Origin: Alphaproteobacteria bacterium
GTDB taxonomy: Bacteria; Pseudomonadota; Alphaproteobacteria; CALKHQ01
Direction: 5' to 3'
NCBI GenBank assembly: GCA_965227515.1
Contig: CBDDFZ010000001.1
Location: 1,440,001 to 1,504,000, forward strand
Length of the DNA stretch: 64,000 nucleotides
Position numbers and translations under genes: made by a program. A model generated the notes under the pieces. That model was not told the DNA's origin, did not search any database, and saw only the letters and a program-made list of their open reading frames with translations. Positions 18,244-37,915 of this stretch are shown here, in pieces. Every line of letters starts with the position of its first letter. Within the stretch, counting starts at the first letter, position 1.

Positions 18244-18790
18244 GTCGGAATCCTTTCCGCAACTCCGTTTCCCATCGCAGTGCCTGGATCAGGCTTGCGG
18301 CGGTTGTCAAAAGCCGACGCCTAGTCAATGCCGACTTGCACGTGTTTCCGATACAAGACGAGGCAATGCGACTACTCACCCTAATCTTCGCCGCCATCCC
18401 CCTATCTGCTGCCAGACGTTGAACAGGACATCCGGGTCGACCGGGGGTGAACGTGGATGCCGGGTTGAACCCTCCGGCCTCTGGTGCCATGTCGTCGGGT
18501 GCGCCCGCCACGTTGACGTTGCATACGAGTGCCGCGCCGCCCTCGACCGCGACCACCTGACAAGTCCGGCCACCTCCGCGAGATCGTGCTCGGCGACCGC
18601 CTGTTCGCAGTCAGCTTGCGCTCGGTATCGCCAGCATTGGTAACTGGAACGCCAGGGGATGTCGTGATCCGAGAATCTTAACTTCGTTGCACCTCCGTCC
18701 CAACAAGCCGACTAGGCCGGGCGAGATGCGCAACTGGCAGGTTCAGTCGGTAATGACTGCACCTGGATCGTCCGGTCTGGCCCCTGCGCT

Positions 18791-19516
18791 CTAAGTTTTT
18801 TTTCGGAAGGGGAGAAGATCGGTGGAGTCCGGCCGGGACGCGATCGAAATGTCGCCGGAAGCGCGGTCCTGGGAGCGTGTTCCCACGATGCTTCCCGGGC
18901 TGAAGCCGAACTTCCTCTGAAACTCGCGGCTAAAATGACTGACCGAGGAGAAGCCCCAGGCATCCGCAACCGCCTTCTGTTCGGCCTTGGTGATGTGATC
19001 GAGACTCTCGAAGACGTTGAGGACCGTGCTACGCAGAATCCGACCGACCGCACCCTCGCGGGGCACTGTCATTTCGCGCGGATGTCTGTCCCTGTCGTAG
19101 CCGACGAGGTCATGGGAGATCAGGAAGCCAAAGACGCTGGCATTGGTTGTGCGGGACATGTGCGCGCGCGAGAAATCCAGTACGTGCAGATCGCCCGGCA
19201 TGATCGTGTAGGCCTGGCCGTCGATATCGCCTTCCAGGATGCCTCTTGTGTAGATCTGGATCAGCAGGCTGTCGGCGACGTTGACCGCATGCTTGACCTG
19301 ATGATTGAAGACGTGGCTGCCAAACGTCGCCTCCATCATCACCAGATTGTCCAGAAGCCAGGCATCGGCGGATTGGACAGGCAGTTCGATGCCCTTCCGG
19401 ATTGCCGATACGTTGAACAGCGGCCGCGTGATGTCGCCCCACAGGTCGAAGCGCTCCTCGTTGGACACGCCGTCCAACCGCAGCCCGACCTTGTCCAGTT
19501 TGGGTGCCTCGGTCAT
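18791..19516 (-). pseudogene. AraC family regulator with in-frame internal deletion
   Basis: N-terminal AraC sensing-type domain (ERFDLW) runs directly into the second HTH (VADAWGFSSVSHFSREFQRKFGFSPG); first HTH missing. Confidence 0.65.
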
Positions 19517-19897
19517 GGCCGACGAGATGCCATGCGACCAAGGCTAGGCACCCATCGGCAGTGCAACTCCGCCGAGTGGACCACATGCATGACGACGGTT
19601 CCCCAAAACCGGCGGTGCCCTTTTCAGGCCAAGCCCACACCAACAAGCTAATCGCAAAGGTTGTACCAATTATTAGACCAAAAAGTCCAGATTGCTGAAG
19701 CAGAGCAGCAGACAGGAGGCCCCTGTCGCCTCCCCCTTCGGATCAGTGATCTCGGGGCCGGGTCATGGCAGCATGCATCTGCTGCCCCCGCCAGAAATAC
19801 GTCAGAAGCGAATGATAAACGTGCGTGGAATGCGTGTGTGGGCGCGCCCTGCCCATAACGCTTTGATATTACAATATGATTGTCAGCCGGTGAGATA

Positions 19898-19973
19898 TGG
19901 CGACCCCTACGGGATTCGAACCCGTGTTGCCGCCGTGAAAGGGCGGTGTCCTAGGCCTCTAGACGAAGGGGTC
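19898..19973 (-). tRNA. tRNA-Glu (TTC)
   Basis: Reverse complement GACCCCTTCGTCTAGAGGCCTAGGACACCGCCCTTTCACGGCGGCAACACGGGTTCGAATCCCGTAGGGGTCGCCA. Confidence 0.97.
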
Positions 19974-19986
19974 GTAAGCGACGCAG

Positions 19987-20015
19987 GAGATAGGCGACGC
20001 GGGCGCGTAGGTCAA
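19987..20015 (-). promoter_or_regulatory. Sigma70 promoter of tRNA-Glu
   Basis: TTGACC-N17-TATCTC on minus strand. Confidence 0.55.
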
Positions 20016-20167
20016 GCCGGTTCGCAGCAAGTGTCGAGAGCGGTACGGCGACTTGCCGGCACGGCGAAACCGAGTCAGCATGGCCACGTGAGGGTGTCGC
20101 AAGACCCAGCCAGCGTGATGTGCACCATGAGGCCGGCGCAAACTCGGCGCACCGCGGCCACGGAGCG

Positions 20168-21319
20168 ATGGCAATGGCGAAAAAGCCAAGCATCTATCCC
20201 GTCGGCGATTTCAACGCGGACTACCAGGAGGCTCTGGTCGCCAGCGGCTTGGTGGACGATGTCGTCGACACGTCGGACTTGGCACCCCATCCGTTCCGGT
20301 ATGCGGAGGGCGAGTATATCTGCCGGCACGGCGACCCGGCGGAATGTCTCTGGATCATCGTGAACGGTTCGGTTGCGGTCAGGCAGGCCGGACACACGCT
20401 GTCCGTCCGCCGGCGCAACGAGGTCGTGGGAGAGCAGCATCTGGTCGGCAACGGCTATCGGCGCATATACGACCTTGTCGCCGTGGAGAACACGGTGGAG
20501 GTGTTGTCCATCGACAAGGCCAGGATCGAGCAGCATCCGGAAGCCGCCGTGATCTGGCGCAACATCGCCAGGATCGTCTCCACCAAGTTGCGCAGCGCGA
20601 CCAAGAAGACAGCGTCGCTCGGCAGGCAGCTTGCCGACGATACGCGGATACTACACGCCTACACCAATGAGTACGCACTGCAGCGGCGGCTGCAGGCTGG
20701 CGGCATGCAGCAGGCGGAGTATCAGGTCGACAGGGCGATCATCTGGTTTTCCGACGTGGTCGATTTCAGCCAGTACACACTCAGCATGGCGCCCGATCGC
20801 GTCGCCGATATCGTCCAGCGGTTCTTCAATGCCCAATCGCTGCCGATCATCTCGCGCGGCGGCCACATCGACAAGTTCATGGGCGATGGCATGATGGCCT
20901 TTTGGGTGCTTCAGCCAACCGCGACGGACGCGCGCCACGAATGCCTGGAGGCCCTGCGCGCTGCGGAGGAGGCAGCGGCGGCCGTGGCCCAGATCCGGGT
21001 CGGCAACACGCCACTCGCGCTGCGGATCGGGCTTCACCTCGGCATGGTGGTCAGCGGCGATTTCGGCTCGGTGGCCCGGCACCAGTTCACGCTTATCGGG
21101 ACCGAGGTCAACAAGGCCGCGCGATTAGAACAGATCCATGTCTCAGACCTGATCGACGGCCCGGCCGACATCGGGTCCATTCGGCTGAGCCGCGAGTTCC
21201 ACAGCGAGTTGTCGGCCCCGGTGCAGAAGAAATACGCGCTGCGTACCGTCGCCCGGGCGAAGAATATGGAAGCGCTCGAGTTCTACTCCGCGCCGCCGGA
21301 CGCTGCATTGCGGTCATAA
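20168..21319 (+). CDS. cNMP-binding domain / class III adenylate-guanylate cyclase fusion
   Basis: cNMP domain (GEYICRHGDPAECLWIIVNGSVAV..VGEQ); cyclase motifs FSDVVDFS, DKFMGDG, IGLHLG, FTLIGTEVNKAARLE. Confidence 0.88.
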   Translation: MAMAKKPSIYPVGDFNADYQEALVASGLVDDVVDTSDLAPHPFRYAEGEYICRHGDPAECLWIIVNGSVAVRQAGHTLSVRRRNEVVGEQHLVGNGYRRIYDLVAVENTVEVLSIDKARIEQHPEAAVIWRNIARIVSTKLRSATKKTASLGRQLADDTRILHAYTNEYALQRRLQAGGMQQAEYQVDRAIIWFSDVVDFSQYTLSMAPDRVADIVQRFFNAQSLPIISRGGHIDKFMGDGMMAFWVLQPTATDARHECLEALRAAEEAAAAVAQIRVGNTPLALRIGLHLGMVVSGDFGSVARHQFTLIGTEVNKAARLEQIHVSDLIDGPADIGSIRLSREFHSELSAPVQKKYALRTVARAKNMEALEFYSAPPDAALRS

Positions 21320-21349
21320 GTCAGGTTCAGCTTGCGCTGACTCTGGTTT

Positions 21350-21417
21350 GGCCCTCACCCCCACCCGGCGCCCGTCGGTATACCATCGTTGGGTGGCCGG
21401 GTAGGAGAGAGGGCCGG
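21350..21417. repeat. GC-rich hairpin repeat family, copy 2 (opposite orientation)
   Basis: GGCCCTCACCCCCACCCGGC...GCCGGGTAGGAGAGAGGGCC between convergent genes. Confidence 0.75.
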
Positions 21418-21451
21418 TGCCGACAGAGGTGCCGACAGAATAGATGAAGTC

Positions 21452-22231
21452 CTAACCCCTGATGCTGTCGACGTCGCCGTCGACGCAAAAGGTCTGGCCG
21501 GAGATGTGCTTGCCGGCATCGGAACAGGCGAACAGCGCGGTATTGGCGATGTCCTGCGCCGTCACCATCACCTTGAGCGACGCCATGTTGACGTAGATCT
21601 CGCGCTGTTGCTCGAAGCTCACCCCGCGCTGCTCGGCCTTCGCCGCGATCACCCGGTCGATGCGCGGCCCCTCGACCACGCCGGGCAGGATCGCGTTCAC
21701 CCGGATACCGTCGCGTCCCAACTCGGCCGACAGCGACTTGGTGAACCCCACCACCGCCCACTTCGACGCGGCATAGGGGGTGCGCAGCGGGTAGCCCAGC
21801 CGCCCGGCGAGCGACGACAGGTTGACGATCGAGCCGCTGCCGGCCGCCCGCAGCATGGGCACGGCGTATTTGGCGCACAGGAACTGGCCGTTGATGTTCA
21901 CCGCCAAGGTCTGCTCCCAGTCCGAGATGGCGATCTCTTCCACCGGCAGGGTCGGCCCGGCGATGCCGGCATTGTTGATCAGGATGTCAAGCCCGCCGAG
22001 GTTGTGGCCGACCGCGTCGAACAGTGCCGCCACGTCATCCGGCTTGCTGACGTCGGCGCGCGAGGTGGTGATCGCGGGGTGGGCGCCGGCGATTTCGGCC
22101 AGGGCGGCATCGTCGATGTCGCAGACATGGATGCGCGCGCCGGCCTCCAGGAACGTCTCGGCGATGACGCGCCCGATGCCGGCCGCACCGGCGGTGATCA
22201 GGACGCGGGCGCCGTCAAGGCGAGTGTTCAT
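21452..22231 (-). CDS. Short-chain dehydrogenase/reductase
   Basis: TAGAAGIG, NNAGI, YAASK. Confidence 0.93.
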   Translation of the reverse strand: MNTRLDGARVLITAGAAGIGRVIAETFLEAGARIHVCDIDDAALAEIAGAHPAITTSRADVSKPDDVAALFDAVGHNLGGLDILINNAGIAGPTLPVEEIAISDWEQTLAVNINGQFLCAKYAVPMLRAAGSGSIVNLSSLAGRLGYPLRTPYAASKWAVVGFTKSLSAELGRDGIRVNAILPGVVEGPRIDRVIAAKAEQRGVSFEQQREIYVNMASLKVMVTAQDIANTALFACSDAGKHISGQTFCVDGDVDSIRG

Positions 22232-22279
22232 GCGGTTTCCTCCAGGATTGTTTGTATTGAGCCGGAGCGTGCCGGCGGG

Positions 22280-23152
22280 TCACTCCGGCCGGGTGGCCAA
22301 GACATATAGACAGATCGCTGCCGCGTTGGAGACGTTCAGCTCCGCGAGGCGCGGGTCGGTGGGCAGCCGCACCAGGGCCTGGCAGCGCTCGCGGGTCAGC
22401 CGCCGCAGCCCGCTGCCCTCCGCGCCCAGCACCAGGGCCACCGGCCCCGAGACATCGGCATCGGCGATGGCGGTGCCGCCCGTGTGATCGAGCCCGATGG
22501 TAAGGAACCCGCGGTCCGCCAGTTCGCCCAGCGCGCGGGCCAGGTTGGTCACCGGCACCAGGGGCACGATCTCCAGCGCGCCGCTGGCCGCCTTGGCCAG
22601 GGTGCCGTTGGCCGGGGGCGCATGGCGCGACTGCACGACCACCGCCTTGGCGGAGAACGCTGCCGAGGAGCGCAGGATGGCGCCGACATTGTGCGGATCG
22701 GTCACCTGGTCGAGGACCAGGATCACATCGTTGCCGTCGCAGGTCTCCAGCACCTCGTCCAACCCCAGCGCCGGCAACGGGTCGACCAGAAGGGCGAGGC
22801 CCTGGTGCACGGCGTCGGGCGGCAGTGCCGCCTCCAGGGTCGCACGGTCGACGGTCTGCGGGGCGACCTGGCGCCGCTTCGCCAATGCGGTCAGGCCGGC
22901 ATCCAGGCGCTGGCGCGTCAGCAGGCGGCGGATGCGGCGATGCTCGTTGGCCAATGCCGCGCGCACCGCGTGGACGCCATAGAGCCATATCGCGTCGGCT
23001 TCGGTGAACGGCTGACCGCGCGCCGGCAGGTGCGCCACGGTGTGCGACGGGGTCGGCCGCCGGTCCTTGGCCTTGCCGGCATGCTTGCCGGGCGGCTTGC
23101 CGCGCGCACCGGCCGTGCGCTTATGGGTCGATGGCTCTTTACGCCGCGCCAT
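22280..23152 (-). CDS. rlmB: 23S rRNA (guanosine-2251-2'-O)-methyltransferase
   Basis: LYGVHAV, HQG, LDQVTDPHNVGAILRS, LGAEGSGLR, LNVSNA SPOUT motifs; typical position divergent from tRNA-Tyr. Confidence 0.9.
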   Translation of the reverse strand: MARRKEPSTHKRTAGARGKPPGKHAGKAKDRRPTPSHTVAHLPARGQPFTEADAIWLYGVHAVRAALANEHRRIRRLLTRQRLDAGLTALAKRRQVAPQTVDRATLEAALPPDAVHQGLALLVDPLPALGLDEVLETCDGNDVILVLDQVTDPHNVGAILRSSAAFSAKAVVVQSRHAPPANGTLAKAASGALEIVPLVPVTNLARALGELADRGFLTIGLDHTGGTAIADADVSGPVALVLGAEGSGLRRLTRERCQALVRLPTDPRLAELNVSNAAAICLYVLATRPE

Positions 23153-23431
23153 GCACGCCCCATATCACGTGTCCGCTGGCGCCCGGACCATGGTGCGGGC
23201 GTGAGGCGCGGTGCGGGCGTTCGGCCGTAATCATGCCGCATTGGTACAATAGGTGCCGCCCGGTCACAATTGGCCGGTCACAATTGGTTGCCTTGGCGTG
23301 TGCACCGTATGTCGTTCGGCGCCACGCGCCATGCTGTTGCCGGCCGATCTGTTGCGGATTTCCAGTGCGCCGATGGTCTGGCCGCGCTGGAAGCGGCTTC
23401 GGAAAAGCGGCCGGCTTGGGCGTGTTTGCTA

Positions 23432-23460
23432 TTGACACTAACGGCCCATTGGCCATAAAT
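23432..23460 (+). promoter_or_regulatory. Sigma70 promoter of tRNA-Tyr/Gly-tuf operon
   Basis: TTGACA-N17-ATAAAT. Confidence 0.6.
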
Positions 23461-23528
23461 CGCGCGTTCGGTGCCGGGGCTGCTCGCGCGCCGACGATGC
23501 ATTTGTGGCTGCAGTCCGAAACATGTCA

Positions 23529-23613
23529 GGAGGGATGCCCGAGTGGTTAAAGGGGACGGGCTGTAAACCCGTTGGCTTAGCCTACGTTGGTTCGAATCCA
23601 ACTCCCTCCACCA
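23529..23613 (+). tRNA. tRNA-Tyr (GTA)
   Basis: GGAGGGATGCCCGAGTGG...CTGTAAA...TTCGAATCC...CCA with long variable arm. Confidence 0.97.
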
Positions 23614-23733
23614 CGTGTTTCATAGTAATTGGGCGGCACCATCTGACGGCACATCGACGGTTGAAGATCGGCGGTTTACGTGGGCAAGACGAATGGGCGG
23701 ATTTGCGGCCGGTCGAACCGCGCACACGGTAAA

Positions 23734-23807
23734 GCGGGTGTAGCTCAATGGTAGAGCCCCAGCCTTCCAAGCTGGTTACGTGGGTTCGATTCCCATCACC
23801 CGCTCCA
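23734..23807 (+). tRNA. tRNA-Gly (TCC)
   Basis: GCGGGTGTAGCTCAATGG...CTTCCAA...GGTTCGATTCC...CCA. Confidence 0.97.
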
Positions 23808-23900
23808 GCCGGCCGAAGGTTGCTGCACGACTAACTTGGTCACAACTGGCCCCCTGACCGGGGCCGTCGACAACATCGAACATCAGGGCGCTGAATTACC

Positions 23901-25091
<1,191 letters not shown>

Positions 25092-25153
25092 TGAGGGCTC
25101 GAGCCGACCGGCGATAGCGGGCACGGGCGCAACCGAAAGATGGAGCCGACTGT

Positions 25154-25229
25154 AGGAGTGTAGCTCAACTGGTAGAGCACCGGTCTCCAAAACCGGGGGC
25201 TGGGGGTTCGAGTCCCTCCACTCCTGCCA
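25154..25229 (+). tRNA. tRNA-Trp (CCA)
   Basis: AGGAGTGTAGCTCAACTGG...CTCCAAA...GGTTCGAGTCC...CCA. Confidence 0.97.
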
Positions 25230-25333
25230 CCGCCTGGATGGCGCCACACCGGCGCCGCCGCGGGCCAGGCACCGACAAAAGACGATGGCCGAAGGGCGGC
25301 ATGCCGCCCGGGGGCCGCACGGCGAAGGATTAG

Positions 25334-25531
25334 ATGGCGAAGACAAACCCAGCGCAGTTCATCCGCCAGGTCAGGTCGGAGGTGTCGAAGGTCACGTGGC
25401 CGACGCGCAAGGAAACCACCGTCTCCACCATCATGGTCCTGATCATGGTGGTGCTGGCCGCGCTGTTCTTCCTGGTGGTCGACCAGGTGCTGGGCTGGGG
25501 CGTGCGCAACATCCTGTCACTGGGGGGCTGA
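25334..25531 (+). CDS. secE: Preprotein translocase subunit SecE
   Basis: KVTWPTRKET motif, single TM. Confidence 0.96.
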   Translation: MAKTNPAQFIRQVRSEVSKVTWPTRKETTVSTIMVLIMVVLAALFFLVVDQVLGWGVRNILSLGG

Positions 25532-25533
25532 CC

Positions 25534-26064
25534 ATGGCGGCCCACTGGTATGTGCTGCACGTTTACTCCGGCTTCGAGCAGAAGGTCGCGCAGTCGATCC
25601 GCGAGCAGTCGCTGGCCAAGGGGCTGGACGACGAGATCGTGGAAGTCTCGGTGCCGACGGAGGAGATCGTCGAGCTGCGCCGTGGCCGCAAGGTCAATGC
25701 GGAGCGCAAGTTCTTCCCCGGCTACGTGCTGATCAAGATGGAGTTGAGCGACGAGGCTTGGCATCTGGTCAAGAACACGCCGAAGGTCACCGGCTTCCTG
25801 GGCACCGGCAATCGGCCGTCGCCGATTTCGGAGTCCGAGGCCGAGCGGATCGTGCGCCAGGTGCAGGAAGGCGTGGAGCGGCCGAAGCCGTCGATCACCT
25901 TCGAGATCGGCGAGCAGGTGCGTGTGTGCGACGGGCCGTTCACGTCGTTCAACGGCCTGGTGGAAGACATCGACGAGGAGCGCGCGCGCCTGAAGGTGGC
26001 GGTGTCGATCTTCGGACGCTCGACCCCGGTCGAGCTGGAATACGGCCAGGTCGAAAAGACCTGA
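25534..26064 (+). CDS. nusG: Transcription termination/antitermination factor NusG
   Basis: WYVLHVYSGFE, FFPGYVL, KOW motif. Confidence 0.98.
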   Translation: MAAHWYVLHVYSGFEQKVAQSIREQSLAKGLDDEIVEVSVPTEEIVELRRGRKVNAERKFFPGYVLIKMELSDEAWHLVKNTPKVTGFLGTGNRPSPISESEAERIVRQVQEGVERPKPSITFEIGEQVRVCDGPFTSFNGLVEDIDEERARLKVAVSIFGRSTPVELEYGQVEKT

Positions 26065-26104
26065 GTTGAATTGTTTGTGCGATGAGCCTGGCTCATCGCG
26101 CGCA

Positions 26105-26174
26105 CCGGCCCTCTGCCCCATCCGGCCGCCGCGACGATCGTGTCGTTGAGCGGCCGGGTGGGGCAGAGGGCTGG
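26105..26174. repeat. GC-rich hairpin repeat family, copy 3
   Basis: CCGGCCCTCTGCCCCATCCGGCCGC...GCGGCCGGGTGGGGCAGAGGGCTGG in nusG-rplK spacer. Confidence 0.8.
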
Positions 26175-26302
26175 CCCAAACTTCGACCGCAGCGTGGTCG
26201 GAGAAATACGCGGGAGGCGCGGCCGAAGCCCTGGTCCGCCGTACCGCAAACCCCGCGCGCACGGAATGGTCTGTGTGCGGACATGCGAAGGGAACATAGG
26301 CA

Positions 26303-26734
26303 ATGGCAAAGAAAATAGCCGGCTACATCAAGCTGACTATTCCCGCCGGCGCGGCCTCGCCCGCGCCACCGGTGGGTCCGGCTTTGGGTCAGCGCGGCAT
26401 TCAGATCGGTGAGTTCGTCAAGGCGTTCAACGCCGCGACGGAAAAGATGGAACGCGGCATGCCGATCCCGGTCGTCATCACCGCGTATGCCGACCGCTCG
26501 TTCAGCTTCATTACCAAGACGCCGCCGGCGAGCTATTTCCTGAAGCAGGCCGCCGGCCTGCCCAAGGGCGGGCAGACGCCGGGCAAGGCGGTGGCCGGCC
26601 GGGTGACGATGGCGCAGGTGCGCGAGATCGCCGAGAAGAAGATGGAAGATCTGAACGCCAACGACATCGACCAGGCGGCGAAGATCATCATGGGCTCGGC
26701 GCGGTCCATGGGTCTTGAAGTGGTGGGGGGCTGA
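26303..26734 (+). CDS. rplK: 50S ribosomal protein L11
   Basis: [11 protein letters not shown]; gene order. Confidence 0.98.
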   Translation: MAKKIAGYIKLTIPAGAASPAPPVGPALGQRGIQIGEFVKAFNAATEKMERGMPIPVVITAYADRSFSFITKTPPASYFLKQAAGLPKGGQTPGKAVAGRVTMAQVREIAEKKMEDLNANDIDQAAKIIMGSARSMGLEVVGG

Positions 26735-26737
26735 GCG

Positions 26738-27463
26738 ATGGCGAAACGCAGCAAGCGCATGGCGGCCGCCCTGGAGGGCGTCGACCGCAATGAGTTCCAC
26801 TCGCTCGACGACGCGATCGCGGCTGTGAAAGAGCGCGCGACCGCCAAGTTCGACGAGACCATCGAGATCGCGATGCGGCTGGGAGTCGACGTCCGCCACT
26901 CCGACCAGACCGTGCGCGGCGCGACCGTGCTGCCGAACGGCACCGGCAAGTCGGTGAAGCTGGCGGTGTTCGCGCGCGGCGACAAGGCGGCCGAGGCCGA
27001 GGCGGCCGGTGCCGACGTGGTCGGTGCCGACGATCTGGCCGAGCAGGTGCAGTCCGGCAACTTCGACTTCGAGCGCGTGATCGCGACCCCGGACATGATG
27101 CCGGTGGTCGGCAAGCTGGGCCGTGTGCTGGGCCCGCGCGGCCTGATGCCGAACCCGAAGCTGGGCACCGTCACCAACGACGTGACCGAGGCGGTGAAGG
27201 CGGCCAAGGGCGGCCAGGTGCAGTTCCGCGCCGAGAAGGCGGGCATCGTGCACGCCGGCATCGGCAAGGCGAGCTTCTCGGTCGAGCAGCTGCAGCAGAA
27301 CGCGCACGCCTTCGTCGACGCGATCAACAAGGCCAAGCCCGCGGGCGCCAAGGGCACCTACATCAAGGGCATCTCGGTCACCTCGTCGATGGGGCCGAGC
27401 TTCAAGGTCGACGTCGCGAGCGCGCTTGCGTCCGCGTCTCCGGTCGCCGAGGCGGCCGAATAG
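26738..27463 (+). CDS. rplA: 50S ribosomal protein L1
   Basis: [18 protein letters not shown]. Confidence 0.98.
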   Translation: MAKRSKRMAAALEGVDRNEFHSLDDAIAAVKERATAKFDETIEIAMRLGVDVRHSDQTVRGATVLPNGTGKSVKLAVFARGDKAAEAEAAGADVVGADDLAEQVQSGNFDFERVIATPDMMPVVGKLGRVLGPRGLMPNPKLGTVTNDVTEAVKAAKGGQVQFRAEKAGIVHAGIGKASFSVEQLQQNAHAFVDAINKAKPAGAKGTYIKGISVTSSMGPSFKVDVASALASASPVAEAAE

Positions 27464-27570
27464 GCCCATCGGGCCAATGGATTTCGGCGTCGCGACCGCG
27501 GCGTCAATCTGAGATTCCGGCATCGCCTCGGCGGTGTCGGGACCGAACCGGGCCAAGCGTCCGGTTCAAC

Positions 27571-27633
27571 CTGTCCGAGATTGCAGGTGCGAGCCCGGTG
27601 CGCCGGATCGCTTAAACCGCCTGCATGAGACAG
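27571..27633 (+). promoter_or_regulatory. L10 leader (rplJ autoregulatory RNA)
   Basis: CTGTCCGAGATTGCAGG...CTTAA...CCTGCATGAGACAG stem upstream of rplJ. Confidence 0.65.
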
Positions 27634-27791
27634 AGCCCATCCCGGGCCGGCCGTATGCATCGCAAGATGCGCCATGGCCGTTCGGGGGTGTCGTTCTGGG
27701 ACAGGGCGACAAGGACCGGGCAGCCGCCCGGTTCAATGCAACCGATCGACTGACCGCATACGCGGCGGCCGATCAACAGCGGAGACGGGTT

Positions 27792-28337
27792 TTGGACCGT
27801 GCACGCAAGGAAGCGTTGGTCAGTTCGCTTCACGAGACCTTCGCCGGTGCTGGGGTGGTGGTTGTCACCCACAATGCCGGGCTGTCGGTCGCGCAAATGA
27901 GCGATCTGCGCCGGCGCATGCGCGACGCAGGGGCCAGCTTCAAGGTGACGAAGAACCGGCTCGCGCGCATCGCCCTGGAAGGAACGCCTTACGCCGACAT
28001 CGGTGACCTGTTCACAGGCCCCACCGGCGTCGCATTCAGCTCAGACCCGGTGGCCGCCGCCAAGGTGGTGGTCGACTACGCCAACGAGAACGACCGTTTC
28101 ACGATCGTTGGCGGCGGGCTTGGCAGTGTTGCCATCGATGCTGAAGGCGTTAAGGCGCTGGCGAAAATGCCGCCCATCGAGGAACTGCGCGCGAAACTGT
28201 TGGCCGTCATTGTGGCTCCGGCTTCGCAGATTGTCGGCATCCTGCCGGCGCCGGCGACCAAGGTCGCAGGCGTTGTCAGTGCGGGTGCCGCCAAGCTCGT
28301 ACGTGTTCTGCAGGCACGCGCCGCGCAGGCCGAATAG
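27792..28337 (+). CDS. rplJ: 50S ribosomal protein L10
   Basis: TTG start after GGAG RBS; KVTKNRLARIAL, FTGPT. Confidence 0.95.
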   Translation: MDRARKEALVSSLHETFAGAGVVVVTHNAGLSVAQMSDLRRRMRDAGASFKVTKNRLARIALEGTPYADIGDLFTGPTGVAFSSDPVAAAKVVVDYANENDRFTIVGGGLGSVAIDAEGVKALAKMPPIEELRAKLLAVIVAPASQIVGILPAPATKVAGVVSAGAAKLVRVLQARAAQAE

Positions 28338-28378
28338 GGCGACATACACCCTGAACCAGACTTTGGAGATGAACGACC

Positions 28379-28765
28379 ATGGCTAATCTTGAACAACTGG
28401 TGGAGGACCTCTCCTCCCTGACCGTGCTGGAAGCTGCCGAGCTGGCCAAGCTGCTGGAAGACAAGTGGGGCGTCAGCGCCGCCGCTGCGCCGGTGGCGAT
28501 GGCGGCGATGCCGGCTGCCGGTGGCGGCGAGGCCGCGGCTCCTGCCGAGGAGAAGGACGAGTTCGACGTGGTGATGACCGCGTTCGGCGACAAGAAGATC
28601 GAGGTCATCAAGACCGTGCGCGCCATCACCGGCCTGGGCCTGAAGGAGGCCAAGGACCTGGTGGAAGGCGTGCCGAGCCCGGTCAAGGAAGGCGCGTCCA
28701 AGGACGAGGCCAACGAGATCAAGGGCAAGCTGGAAGAAGCCGGCGCCACCGTGGAGCTCAAGTAG
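28379..28765 (+). CDS. rplL: 50S ribosomal protein L7/L12
   Basis: [19 protein letters not shown]. Confidence 0.98.
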   Translation: MANLEQLVEDLSSLTVLEAAELAKLLEDKWGVSAAAAPVAMAAMPAAGGGEAAAPAEEKDEFDVVMTAFGDKKIEVIKTVRAITGLGLKEAKDLVEGVPSPVKEGASKDEANEIKGKLEEAGATVELK

Positions 28766-29049
28766 TTCCAGCCGGATCTGTACTGTGGCCCTGGGCGTGC
28801 GGTGGCCGGTCGGCTGCCGCACGTCCAGTGTGCCTGAGAGGCGACTAAACTTTTAGGTGTAGTGAACATTTCTAATTCGCGCGCAGTCTCGATGATCTGC
28901 GGCTTGGCGCCGGTGAACGGCCGCCGGGCGCATGCCGAGACGATTGATGCGCGCACGTCTGACGGGTGCCGACGCATGGCGCCCGACCGGCCCGGAGGGC
29001 GCACGCCAAGGCGCGTGCCAATCCGGATGGAGAAGGAGTAGCGGTCGCA

Positions 29050-33237
<4,188 letters not shown>

Positions 33238-33272
33238 CCAGGTGTTGGCACGGCTTTCTTGCATGGAAATGA

Positions 33273-37712
<4,440 letters not shown>

Positions 37713-37756
37713 CGCCGATCACCGCCCGCTTTGCCGGGCGGCCATAGCCTGAATGC

Positions 37757-37791
37757 AAACGGGCCGTCGCGCTGTGCGACGGCCCGTTTTT
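37757..37791 (+). terminator. Rho-independent terminator after rpoC
   Basis: AAACGGGCCGTCGC-loop-GCGACGGCCCGTTTTT. Confidence 0.85.
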
Positions 37792-37807
37792 CTTGTTGAA
37801 GTCGGCA

Positions 37808-37879
37808 CCGGCCTGCACCCCCACCCGGCCACCCAACGGTAGTATCCTGTCTGGGTGGCCGGGCGGGGGTGCGGGCTGG
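37808..37879. repeat. GC-rich hairpin repeat family, copy 4
   Basis: CCGGCCTGCACCCCCACCCGGCCACCCA...TGGGTGGCCGGGCGGGGGTGCGGGCTGG. Confidence 0.8.
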
Positions 37880-37915
37880 CGCCGCCTAGTCCGCGCGAAG
37901 CGCTGGCGACACATT

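Noticed and set aside
18300-18700. Possible frameshifted gene fragment on minus strand (QVVAVEGGAALVCNVNV / VDPDVLFNVWQQIGGW)
   Set aside because: Protein-like, but no family recognisable and no continuous frame
13900-19897. Intact prophage or integrative element at tRNA-Glu
   Set aside because: No integrase, phage genes or duplicated att site visible
20168-21319. Pycsar or CBASS defence system
   Set aside because: Specificity residues look adenylate-type and no TIR or TM effector gene is adjacent
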